A stretch of 26,922 nt of DNA from Tubiluchus corallicola (taxonomy: Eukaryota > Animalia > Priapulida). The stretch's first letter is position 1. Each line of letters opens with the position of its first letter. The position numbers were made by a program, and so were the translations under genes. Below are positions 1 through 11,856 of this stretch, piece by piece. Location: positions 27,301 to 54,222 of the forward strand of contig JAQGDQ010001222.1 in assembly GCA_030141605.1 (NCBI GenBank). Direction: 5' to 3'. Under the pieces are notes generated by a model. That model ran no database searches. It worked only from the letters and a program-made list of their open reading frames with translations, and was not told the origin of the DNA.

Positions 1-19
1 TTTGTTTGTTAAAATTTTT

Positions 20-364
20 TTAGTTTGTGTAAAATTTTGCACAGAAACTGAAGCTAAATTGGCCTAACTGCATTCTGTTTCAAACATTTTAATGATAAAA
101 AATGCATGTGGTTAAAGTGCTGGATTATACGAATTGATGATTTTAGGTTCGAATCTAATTCGAGTTAAAAAAACTCGTTTGAATTTAATTTGAATTGAGC
201 TTGAAAGATTTTTGAACAAGTTTTCGAATCAGGTAGTAAAAAGTGGTCTTACAAAGACCTTGCATATTACCTGATTTTGTTCTGCAGTAAAATTCGAATT
301 CGAATAGCACATGTTTAGTTTTTACCATGCTTCTCTTTTCTCTGCTCTCCAGGAGGTTCTCCAG
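20..364. repeat. Inverted, rearranged duplicate of 4895-5520 (W13 acceptor and adjacent intron)
   Basis: Reverse-complement matches with scattered mismatches: 223-364 to 4895-5036, 151-292 to 5379-5520, 20-84 to 5308-5372. Also visible as the shared peptide KTKHVLFEFEFYCRTKSGNMQ in opposite-strand ORFs. Confidence 0.93.
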
Positions 365-516
365 GAGACTCAACTTTTTCAACCACCTTTTTTACTTTAC
401 CAGGAAAACCCGAAATTTCAGGAAATCAATTTGATTCCTTTTTGCAACCACACCACAAAGCTAACACCTTTATTCATCACAAAAATGATGAGAAGTTAGA
501 GAAGCCATGAACTCAC

Positions 517-667
517 AGGCTCTGGATTTTCTGGATCCGGTCAAGTTCTGCATCCGATGCCTCGTCCACATGGTCAGGTGATCCAGAATGCCGAAAACTG
601 TCTGCGTGCTGAGATGGTGGAAATCTGTCACCTTGTGTTGTAGAACGGAGAGAATTTCTTCGCAAAT
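517..667 (-). CDS. ATR: ATR exon W15 (151 nt): ICEEILSVLQHKVTDFHHLSTQTVFGILDHLTMWTRHRMQNLTGSRKSRA
   Basis: Acceptor caccag, donor T|gtgagt. Resembles human LSTQTVFSMLDHLTQWARH. Confidence 0.92.
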
Positions 668-3600
668 CTGGTGTAAACAGAACAAGAAGATTTGACTGAC
701 AGTGTCAGGTGAGCGCAACTAAAGACGACTGTAACAGTAGAAAAAATGTTCAAAGAATATGCGAGTGTAGCTGCAAAGTAACATGTTATAATGCTGTGTA
801 GTAACAGCGCAACTAAAGACGACTGTAATAGTAGAAAAAATGTTCAACGAATATGCGAGTGTAGCTGCAAAGTAACATGTTACAATGCCTTGTAGTAACA
901 GCGCAACTAAAGACGACTGTAATAGTAGAAAAAATGTTCAACGAATATGCGAGTGTAGCTGCAAAGTAACATGTTACAATGCCTTGTAGTAACAGCGCAA
1001 CTAAAGACGACTGTAATAGTAGAAAAAATGTTCAACGAATATGCGAGTGTAGCTGCAAAGTAACATGTTACAATGCCTTGTAGTAACAGCGCAACTAAAG
1101 ACGACTGTAATAGTAGAAAAAATGTTCAACGAATATGCGAGTGTAGCTGCAAAGTAACATGTTACAATGCCTTGTAGTAACAGCCCAACTAAAGACGACT
1201 GTAACAGTAGAAAAAATGTTCAACGAAGAAGCGAGTGTAGCTGCAAAGTAACATGTTACAATGCCTTGTAGCAACAGCGCAACTAAAGACGACTGTAACA
1301 GTAGAAAAAATGTTCAACCAAGATGTGAGTGTAGCTGCAAAGTAACATGTTACAATGCCTTGTAGCAACAGCGCAACTAAAGACGACTGTAACAGTAGAA
1401 AAAATGTTCAACGAATATGTGAGTGTAGCTGCAAAGTAACATGTTACAATGCCTTGTAGCAACAGCGCAACTAAAGACGACTGTAACAGTAGAAAAAATG
1501 TTCAACCAAGATGTGAGTGTAGCTGCAAAGTAACATGTTACAATGCCTTGTAGCAACAGCGCAACTAAAGACGACTGTAACAGTAGAAAAAATGTTCAAC
1601 GAATATGTGAGTGTAGCTGCAAAGTAACATGTTACAATGCCTTGTAGCAACAGCCCAACTAAAGACGACTGTAACAGTAGAAAAAATGTTCAACGAATAT
1701 GCGAGTGTAGCTGCAAAGTAACATGTTACAATGCCTTGTAGTAACAGCGCAACTAAAGACGATTGTAACAGTAGAAAAAATGTTCAACGAATATGCGAGT
1801 GTAGCTGCAAAGTAACATGTTACAAAGCCTTGTAGCAACAGCTCAACTAAAGACGACTGTAACAGTAGAAAAATTTTTCAACCAAGATGTGAGTGTAGCT
1901 GCAAAGTAACATGTTACAATGCCTTGTAGCAACAGTGCAACTAAAGACGACTGTAACAGCAGGAAAAATGTTTAACCAAGATGTGAGTGTAGCTACAAAG
2001 TAACATGTTACAATGCCTTGTAGCAACAGTGCAACTAAAGACGACTGTAACAGTAGAAAAAATTTTCAACCAAGATGTGAGTGTAGCTGCAAAGTAACAT
2101 GTTACAATGCCTTGTAGCAACAGTGCAATTAAAGACGACTGTAACAGCCGGAAAAATGTTCAACGAATATGCGAGTGTAGCTGTAAAGTAACATGTTACA
2201 ATGCCTTGTAGCAGCAGCGCAATTAAAGACGACTGTAACAGGAGGAAAAATGTTCAACCAAGATGTGAGTGTAGCTGCAAAGTAACATGTTACAATGCTG
2301 TGTAGCAGCAGCGCAATTAAAGACGACTGTAACAGTAGAAAAAATGTTCAACGAATATGCGAGTGTAGCTGCAAAGTAACATGTTACAATGTCCAGTAGC
2401 AACAGTGCAACTAAAGACGACTGTAACAGTAGAAAAAATGTTCAGCCAAGATGTGAGTGTAGCTGCAAAGTAACATGTTACAATGCCTTGTAGCAATATG
2501 TTACTTTGCCTTGTAGTAACACGTTACTTTGCCTTGTTGTAACACGTTACTTTGCCTTGTAGTAACATGTTATCACCTTATAGTAACATGTTACTTCGCT
2601 TTGTAATAACATATTGTTTTGTCTTGTAGTAACATGTTATTTTATCTTGTAGTAACATGTTACTTTACCTTGTAGTATCATGTTACTTTGCCTTGTAGTA
2701 ACATATTACTTTGCCTTGTAGTAACACGTTACTCTGCCTTGTAGTAACATGTTACTTCGCCTTATAGTAACATGTTACTTTGCCTTGTAGTAACATGTTA
2801 CCTTGCCTTGTAGTAACACTTTAATTTGACTTGTAGTAACACGTTACATTGCCTTGCAGTAACATGTTACATCACCTTATAGTAACATGCTAGTTTTCCT
2901 TGTGTTACATTTTTTAATTGCTTGTTTTTAATTTAAAACGTAAAACACAATAATTATTATACCATCGTTCTTTCGGGAAATGCAGGACGAGGCCATGTTT
3001 TTCCATGGCTAACTCTGGGTTGCCATTTCGTATGAAGCTCATTGTACTGGACGCTAAAAAGTGTCGCATTTTCCGCCAAATCAGTATATTAACGGCCAAG
3101 CAGTGTTGCCGCTTATACCATAATTATCAGAACATGCGTTTACGATCGATAATTATACGATAATTTAGTAATGCGAGACAAAAGGCTAAAGAACAAAGCA
3201 TGAAAAAACGTGAATTGAAAAAAATGTAAACATTCTGCTAACCAGGGGGAAATACGCAAATTTTAACTTCAACTGATTCAGCTTTTAATGTTCAAAAAGC
3301 TTTAAAAAAATCTTCCTCCCTCTCTACTGACATCTTTTGAATTCACATGGAAAGACAGCAACAATTTTTTCTGTGAAAATAACTTTGTTTACAAGATTGT
3401 ATTTTAGTAACACACCACAAGAAGTTATTGTCAAATATGCAAAACGCAATACGGCCCAGTTAAAATGCAACTACGTAGCGAAAGGTTTAATACAATTTAA
3501 CACACCACAATCAGTTAAAATAACTAACTATATTTTTACGTACAACACATGTGTTTATGTATTAATACCTATTATGTATATTAATTGGGTCAAAACACCT

Positions 3601-6600
3601 CACTCCCAAAGTGAGTCTATTAAGCGGTGCCTACTGTACATTGCATTCAGTGCATTTCCTACAGTGCATTCAGACCAGACGGTTTAGTCTAGTGGTAATG
3701 CGTCTGCTTTTCGTCCGGGAGGTCGTGAGTTCGAACCAGCGGCCGGGTGTATTTATAAGTACAATACAACAAACACTGCAAATATTGTACTAACCTCATC
3801 CGTGTCCGTAGAACTGCCGTCCAGTATTACATAAAGGATTATGTAAGGCAGCAAGTAGAGGGCAGCTTTGTTGTCGTATTTAAACACCATCTGGCAGGCA
3901 GTGAATATCCGCTTCGCTTTCACGTCTTTGACCTGGAACGGAAGGAAAAGTGTCGCCAAAAGACTTTTAGAACGAGCTGACGTCGTCAAAAAAAGATGTT
4001 TATCTTTTACAGTGACATTAAGTAAAAAAACCTGACCCAATCTTAAGCTGTAGGTTAAAACAGCTTTGCCTTGTAGTAACATGTTACTTTGCCTTGTAGT
4101 AACATGTTATCACCTTATAGTAACATAATGCTTTGTCTTGTCCTTTGCAGTAATACTGCACCCATCGGTTAATAGGTTCAGTCGGTTAATTGGGTCAAAA
4201 CACGTCGGTCCCAAAGTGAGTCTACTAAGGGGCATCGCCTATGGTGTATTCAGACCAGACGGTTTAGTCTAGTGGTAATGCGTCTGCTTTCCGACCGGGA
4301 GGTCGTGAGTTCGAACCAGCGGCTGGGTCATACCAAAGACTTTACAAATGGTTTCTGCTGTAGCCCTGCCTGATGCGTGGTATTTAGGGTAAAAGTGGGG
4401 TGATAATAGTCTCTGTTATGTAGTTGTAGGTTGTTATTTACAGTCGGCGATAATAGCTCTTTGAGCTAATGTTAATTGTTGACCCAAAAGCCGACTTTAA
4501 ATAAAGATTATTATTGTTGTTGTTGTTGTTGTTATTATTATTATTGCTACTGCAGCAATTCAAGATAATGGCTTGTAAGAACGGTTGAATGGCAAACTGA
4601 AACAAGGAGGAAGAGGAGAACAAGAAGAATAAACGAATTTCTTTTACTAAAGAGTTATGCACATACCCTTGTTGTCAAATACGAAGCCCAGGTGCACACC
4701 CAGTTACTAAACTTCCTGCCCCGGGCTGAATTGTAGATGGGTTTGCTCAACGTGTTCCAGTCATGCGAATTCGTCTGCTTGATGTACCTGGAGTGCAAGT
4801 GCGGAACGAGAATCTCCAGCACGTCGTAGTCGAACCTGTTCCACAGCCGCCCGCCCACGCCGGACGTGTCTTTTGTTTCACTGACGTCGTACGACTGAAG
4901 AACCTCCTAGAGGACAGAGAAAAAAGAAACACGGTAAAAACAAAACATGTGCTATTTGAATTCGAATTTTACTGCAGAACAAAATCAGGTAATATGCAAG
5001 ATCTTTGTAAGACCACTTTTTACTACCTGATTCGAAGATAAACAATTATGTTTTTCTTTCAAAGTAATTCTATTATGTTTTTCTTATCAATTATATCATA
5101 TCTACTGTTTGAATAAACATTTTTGCATTATTATATTTCGTTTTAATTTCGTCTATATTTCGACTTTACAGTTCATCTGGTGCTTGTGAACGGATTATTT
5201 GCTTTTACATTATTTCTTATGGGAATAAATGATTCGGTTCTCAACCAAATCGGTTTTAAAACACTTTTTAGGAACGAATTATGGTCGAAAACCGAGGTAC
5301 GACTGTATTTGAAACAGCGTGCAATTAGTGCAATTTAGCTGCAGTTTCTGTGCACAATTTTTAACAAACTAACAGTAGTTTTACTGCAAAACAAAATCAG
5401 GTAATATGCAAGATCTTTGTAAGACCACTTTTTACCACCTGATTCGAAAACTTGTTCGAAAATCTTTCAAGCTCAATAGGAGTTCAATTCAAACGAGTTT
5501 TTTTAACTCGAATTAGATTCAGCAGACTGTCACACTGTCTAGGTGTTTGCTATCTGTTTATAGTGAATTTAGCCAAATTCAATGATTTGATAAATGCTTG
5601 TGACCTGTAAATCGTTGTATTTTATAAAGATTGTGTAATTCATACTTTACAATTATTGTAATTTGTAAAGTTGTGTAATTCATACTTTACAATATTTGTA
5701 ATTTGCAAAGATTGTGTAATTCATGCGTAAAAGATTTAATATTTTGATTTAGTTCCTATTTTATAATAATCTTGTATAATCACCTGAATTTGCAAAATGC
5801 CTTTATTTGATTTTATTTTATTTGATTTCATTTTATTTTTGCAGAATAAATAACCGTTAGCAAGCCAATGTGGAATTTGAAGTTTTGGTTGGGACATTCT
5901 GTCAGCTACAACAACAGATATAAATTTACAATCCTCTGGGTAACGACTTGGCAACACATGAATAATTGTTTCCTTGGTAACACAACAGATATAAATTTAC
6001 AAGCCTCTACGTAATGACTTGGCTACACATGAACAATTGTTTCCTTGGTAACACAACAGATATAAATTTACAAGCCTCTACGTAACGACTTGGCAACACA
6101 TGAATAATTGTTTCCTTGGTAACACAACAGATATGCTGCCATCCTACTCTTATTTATACTGGCAGTTTTTGTGACGCATTCACGCCTTGAACAAATTTTG
6201 TTCGAACATAAAATTCGAGAGCTATATGGTGCGACTTTGCAAGTGTAATGGAAAAATGATGTTGCAAATGTTTTATGCAGCAAAGTTTGGCATTGCATTC
6301 ATCATGTTAGCAACACCTAGTTTGGGCAGAAAAAGGGACGGCGTCCATTTCATTCAATCCTGTTTAATAAAGAGATATAGGGCTTCATTTGAGATATAGA
6401 TTACGCAGAAAATCTGCTCAAAATTGAGAAAAACTTTATTAGTGCTACGGTGGTTGAATCTGTCAGAATATTTTTGGCTAAAGAATTGGTATTCATTCAC
6501 CCCCGGGCTTTCAGCAACTTGAATGATTTGAAAGAAATCAGTATCCATAAGTGTAAAAAGTTGGAGTTGGATCTGGACTTGTATAATTGTCCAAAGTTTC

Positions 6601-8909
6601 GTGAATTTGGCGTAGTTCACACAGGTATCACTACAATGGATATGCCTAAATTTCGAGATGAAACCTTTATATTCGAAAATTTAAAAATGTTTATGCTCAA
6701 CAATCCTTTAATCTGCGACTGCAGAACAGCTTGGATGAAGAAAAATCGGAACTGACATACAATGTAGACACTTACCCAATGCCAAACAACGAAATGACGT
6801 ACCAACAACTATGCATACTTTGGAGGATTTTTGTCCATCTGGTGTCTCCACTACAAAACATACGACAACTCTAAAGTCTGCAGAAATTTCAACTACGAAG
6901 AAAACAACGGAGACAAATTCCACAACCTTAAACCCTACAAGAGCTTCGGCTACCAAGACAACAACTGAGATACCTTCGACAACCTTAAAACCCACACAAC
7001 TTTCGACAACCAAGACTACAGAAAAAGACACATCGGAAATTTTAGGTTGTATGACAGTGGGGGGATAACATAACATGTCGTGGTGTGGGCTACTCCCAAT
7101 TGGATGAGATTCTAAAATCGCTGCCCGCTGTTGCCACTTTTACGCTGAAGATCCTCTTCTACGAGGATGTACAATTGCCACAGGAATTTCTGAAGGGAAA
7201 ACGGGTGGAAACATTGTTGGTAATGAATAGTAATGTCACTTTTCTCGGGGAAACCGACATACGTGGTTCGATCGTAAACTTTCGAATGGAGTCCATGGAG
7301 CAGTTACGAATCGTCCATCGCCGCACATTTCACAAGGTTGAGAACTTGGAGTCAATTGCGTTTATTGATTGCATTGCACTGGCCATGGCGAATTTGGACC
7401 TCTCCAATAACCCTTCAATTCGTTCCATCAGTTTTATTGGTACGAAAATAAGCAACATGGCGATGCCGGTGCTGCACCCCGGTGTCCATCCCGGCGCAGT
7501 GGATTTTAAGTTGTCGGAAAGTCGATTAATTTGCGACTGCAACGCAGTTTGGATGAAGAAAACGAAGTGGAACAAGTCGTCTGTAGACTGCTGGGAACCC
7601 CGAATATCTAACGAGCAGCTAAAGCTTTCAGATTTCGCGTGCCCACATGCACGACACGTCTCTGCCCAAAGTGCTGGCACGACGACCATCAGTAATGTGG
7701 GAAGTTTATTTCATCTTCTCCTCTTCCTCATATAAAAACATGTTCCTGGCACATAGTTATTTCAAAGCATTGTAATCGTAATGACGTTCCTGGCACATAG
7801 TTATTTCAAAGCATTGTAATCGTAACGAACATTTGTAGCTGCAATTTGAGATTGTAGAAATTATATTTTAAAATCCAGTTTTATAGATACAATATATATA
7901 ATAATCTTTATTTGCCGTAAAAAATCGATATTCATAACTATAAAAGCATAAAAGAACATCGCAGCATGAGAATTAGATTCACACAACTGTTAAAGGCAAA
8001 TGCGTCCAGTGCAAGCTAAAAACTACTGTGCCAAAAATTTAAAACTAAATATACATTATAATGTTACACACAAATTACAATCGACTTACGATATATACAT
8101 ACAATTTAAAACGGACGTGGGTAAATAAAATTTGCGGATGAATATATATTACCGTTTACGTATGTAGGGTTATTCAAAACGATTTAATGTATGTATTTTT
8201 AATTTTGATTTGAATTCGTAGAAAGACTTGATTTGTTTTAAATTTGATGGCAGGGCATTCCAAAGTTGAACTCCTTGTTTAGTGATAGAATTGTTGCCGT
8301 ATTTGTTATTTGTGCGTATTTGTTTAATATTGTGTGTTCTTGGATTTAATATTGGCTCCAAATTATGTTTACTGATATTCCTAGTTATGACTGACAACAG
8401 CTATCAATAGGTAAGTAAACAAATAAGTAAACTAACAAACAATGCTCGGTTTCCAAACAATTCGTGATCTGAAACAAGGAAAGAGAAACAAACACCAAAA
8501 CGCAGACCGCAGCCCAAGTGCCACTTGTCTGGGACATGTGCAAATTTCTATTGTGTTATAGATATACATATAGGTAAGTTCTGTTAGCCTAATTATCATC
8601 TGAGAAGCAGCAAACAAAACTATGTAGATTGTCACCGCATCATTGATCATTGGTAGACAGACCGAGAGCATTTATTATAGCACACAAGTTTCGAATTTGT
8701 GCAAAATATTTTTAATGGTTTGATGTTACGCTGTGATGCTCTCCTGTTGGCGTTAGTGTTGTAGGTGTAGTCATCATCGCCGTCCTCATCACCATTGTCA
8801 CCAACATCATGATCACAATCAATGATTTGAAAAAAAATGGTGCCGTCGTCGGAGCTATAGCCTTGTCGGTTATATACCAAAATACATACATACATACATA
8901 CATACTATG

Positions 8910-8948
<39 letters not shown>

Positions 8949-11820
8949 CATCATGTGATGGCAGATGTGATGTGGTGGGCATAGTGTGATGGGGGTGATG
9001 AGTGTGCTGTGTGTGTTGTGCTGTGAAGGTGTGGTAGGGTGCATGTGGTGTTGGCAAGCAGCTAATGCTTCACAAACCTGGATTGCATAGGAAGAGCAGG
9101 ACTGAGCCCTTGAGTCCCCAGCAGCGAGAAATCCTCTCGCAAGCTCACAAATGAGGTCAAATGCAAAGTTTTCATCTTCTATGCTGGCGTAAAATTGATG
9201 CTCCTCTTTAGGTTTAGACGTTAAGAGATCCAACCTAAAAACAAGACAAAAATTTTGAAAAAACCCGCTTTGCATGGATAATTTTTGCACAAACAGTAGA
9301 AACAGAATGTAAAAGAATTGCGCTTTTTGCAGATTGTTTCCTAAATTATGTACAGATACACGCAGTCATTGACTTACGACCTAACCGCTGCTTAAAGGAA
9401 AACCGGGTGATTGTGTAAACATTAGTTCAGAATAAAGAATGCTCTAAAATATTGAAAGCTACAATAGCTTTATTTAAATCACAACTTAGATTAAATAATA
9501 ATTACCTCGGATACTCAAATTGCGTTAAACTTTCAAAGCTACGAGCGGCTCAGTAGATCTACTAAGATTGGCAGCGGCGCTTTTTGTCACATTCGCATGA
9601 CTGACAAATAAACTTTTACAGGCAAGAAAATGTATAATTTGGACAGTAAATTAAAATGAGATTGAGTCTAAAGATTCGTCCAGTCTTCCTTTAATAAACT
9701 TATTATACAAACTGAATCACTTTTTAAACAAATAAATCACTGTCTGTGATGACGACACAACATATACAACAGCAACGCCTACAGTACAGCATCATAAAGA
9801 ACCTATGACATAGCAAAACCTGTCATAGCATACAGTTTCAACTTTGCACAAAAGTTGCTATGATGCCGTGCAGCTGGTTTTCGTGTTGCGTGTGCTGTCA
9901 TCGTCGTCGTCATCATCATCATCATCATTGTCATTATCAACATGATCACCATCCGATGTGGTGGGAGTGGTGTGGTTGTGTTGTGGTGTGGTGTGGCGGC
10001 TGTGGTATGGTGTGATTTGTGTGGTGTGGTGTGTTGCAGCTGGTGTGCCGTAGGTGACACTGGTGCAGTGTTGTAGGTGGGTGGTGTAACGGGCGTGGGT
10101 GTGGACAATAATAAGCCTTTTCGCAATTCCACGATTGATCATGATCTTGAAAAGGTCAAAGGTTAAGCGCACCAGACAACACATTTGCGTACACTCGCAG
10201 CCCAAGCTATTGTAATACTAACAGTTTAACAGCAAGCTAGAACTTTACCTAGTTCATTTTTTCTTGTTCCCAAACAAGATCCTGCTAGTAAATCACTCTA
10301 CACACAGACTAATGCATAATTAAGTAAAGTCCACGTAAATTTATTAATTTGTACTTCAGCACAGCTTGTGCCATGTTTCTTATTTCTTGAACTACCCAAT
10401 TTTGTTCTCGAGAATAAAAAAATCTACCAGTGCCTGTTCGTTCTTTAGTTATCATTCATTTTCTGCTCACTAGATGGTAGCACTGTTTAATATGGGATTG
10501 ATTTCGAAATGCCTTTACTATTTATATGTTGTGCTGTCTTGTACTGTATTATTTATACTGTCGTATACTGTATTACTTATACTGTCTTATACTGTATTAT
10601 TTATATATATGGTGCTGTCTTATACTGTATTATTTATACTGTCTCATACTAATACTCTGTTATACTGTCTTACACTGTGTTATATATAGTAACCAATTTA
10701 ACGGCCAGCTAGAACCTTACTTAGTTCATTTTTTTCTTCTTCTCAAGCAAGATCCCACACAGACTAACGCATAATTAAGTAAAGTCCACGTAAAACAACT
10801 GAAGTTACTGAACTGATGCGGCAGACGGCTTTGCATTACACATGTCACGTGACGATTATAGTTTAAGACGCATTGCTGTGGTACACTTAACCCTTGCCTG
10901 CAGCAACTGCACGTGCACACAACGAAACCATGATAGAGCTCAATACATACTGGAACATTCACACTGCGTACTACTGATCGGTGCACCGCGTTTGCTTACC
11001 GTCCCGGATCGATTGCCGCCAGCGCCCCCAAGCACTCGCCAAACAAACTACGAGCTTCGGCATTCGACTCCCGGCAGCCGTCCAGCAAAGTCGACACGAG
11101 TTTGGACACGACTGGGCTGACGATTTCGTGCGCCACCACCAGCTCATGTATGGTAGCCTAAAAGCGAAAAACAATGTGAAATGGACAACCAAAGCATAGA
11201 ACAGAAATGTCTTTACAACTAAATATAAAAACTTATATAAATATAAAAAGCATAAAAAACACAGGCAGATCTTTCAGACTTAACCCATTCGCACCTTATT
11301 TTTAGTTTCAGCATAGTGTACATTCTAAGTGAAACAGCGAAGAAAGTAACCATAGCAACCGGAGTGCAAACCTGATTATTCTGCAACAGAGATTTCAAGC
11401 GATTTAAATAATGCACCCTGACCTCCACGCTCTCGTGACCTACACCATTCAGGCACCGTTGCACCAGGGTGTTGAAATCTGCTTGTTGCCTAAACAATTA
11501 AAACTATTAGGAGGACGACGACGACGACGATGATGATGGTGACGATGATGATGGTGATGATGATGATGTATGTTTTCGTTCAATATTTTAAATAGTTGAT
11601 TGTTTTGACATGCAGTTTAAAATTGAGTCGATTTTGCTTTAAATAATTATACCTAAAATGTACTTTCTGCATTGACAAAGATTGTAGTGTTAAGCTATGA
11701 ACTTTATACTAAATGTCTGTGGAAAAATTAGTACTATGTCAGTGTAACGTGCTACTACTTTACTAACGCGACGACGACGACGATGACGATAATGACAATA
11801 ACGTGACATTTATAAAAACA

Positions 11821-11856
<36 letters not shown>

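Larger units (their letters stand above)
5868..7735 (+). pseudogene. Nested antisense extracellular LRR protein gene, frameshifted: leader, LRR module 1 with LRRCT, Thr-rich stalk, LRR module 2 with LRRCT, GPI-like hydrophobic tail
   Basis: Two LRRCT motifs (NNPLICDCRTAWMKK, SRLICDCNAVWMKK), LRR-like repeats (LVFIHPRAFSNLNDLKEISI, LRIVHRRTFHKVENLESIAF), a TTxKPT-like stalk and C-terminal GSLFHLLLFLI-stop. Fragments join by removing one A (6741-6745), one G (7059-7064) and a TA near 6397. Candidate ATG at 5868, downstream of a strong plus-strand acceptor ending at 5844. Confidence 0.82.
8677..10100. repeat. Diverged direct repeat pair (about 8677-9050 and 9826-10100) with (CAT)n and GT-rich tracts, flanking ATR exon W12
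   Basis: atagcacacaagtttc...cattgtcaccaacatcatgatcac vs atagcatacagtttc...cattgtcattatcaacatgatcac, each followed by gatgtggtggg and GT-rich sequence. Confidence 0.7.

Noticed and set aside
311-499. Plus-strand ORF or exon beginning EVLQ
   Set aside because: Only the inverted copy of the W13 acceptor and four codons; the remainder resembles nothing I recognise.
713-2905. CRISPR-like array (regular repeats with a palindrome)
   Set aside because: No unique spacers and no cas genes, in a spliceosomal-intron context; these are satellites. The same applies to 13243-15351 and 17363-18366.
2940-3340. Possible DNA-transposon remnant (similar impression at 21730-22150)
   Set aside because: Composition is suggestive, but I could not define TIRs, TSDs or a second copy.
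3673-4329. Two tRNA genes
   Set aside because: A and B boxes are present but the stems do not pair into a cloverleaf, and one copy continues into a SINE body and tail.
4763-5041. 92-aa plus-strand ORF with an apparent paralog at 185-382
   Set aside because: Antisense to W13 plus intron; the shared peptide reflects the inverted DNA duplication.
6708-7689. Minus-strand ORFs of 122 and 119 aa
   Set aside because: Antisense shadows of the Thr-rich stalk and LRR module 2.
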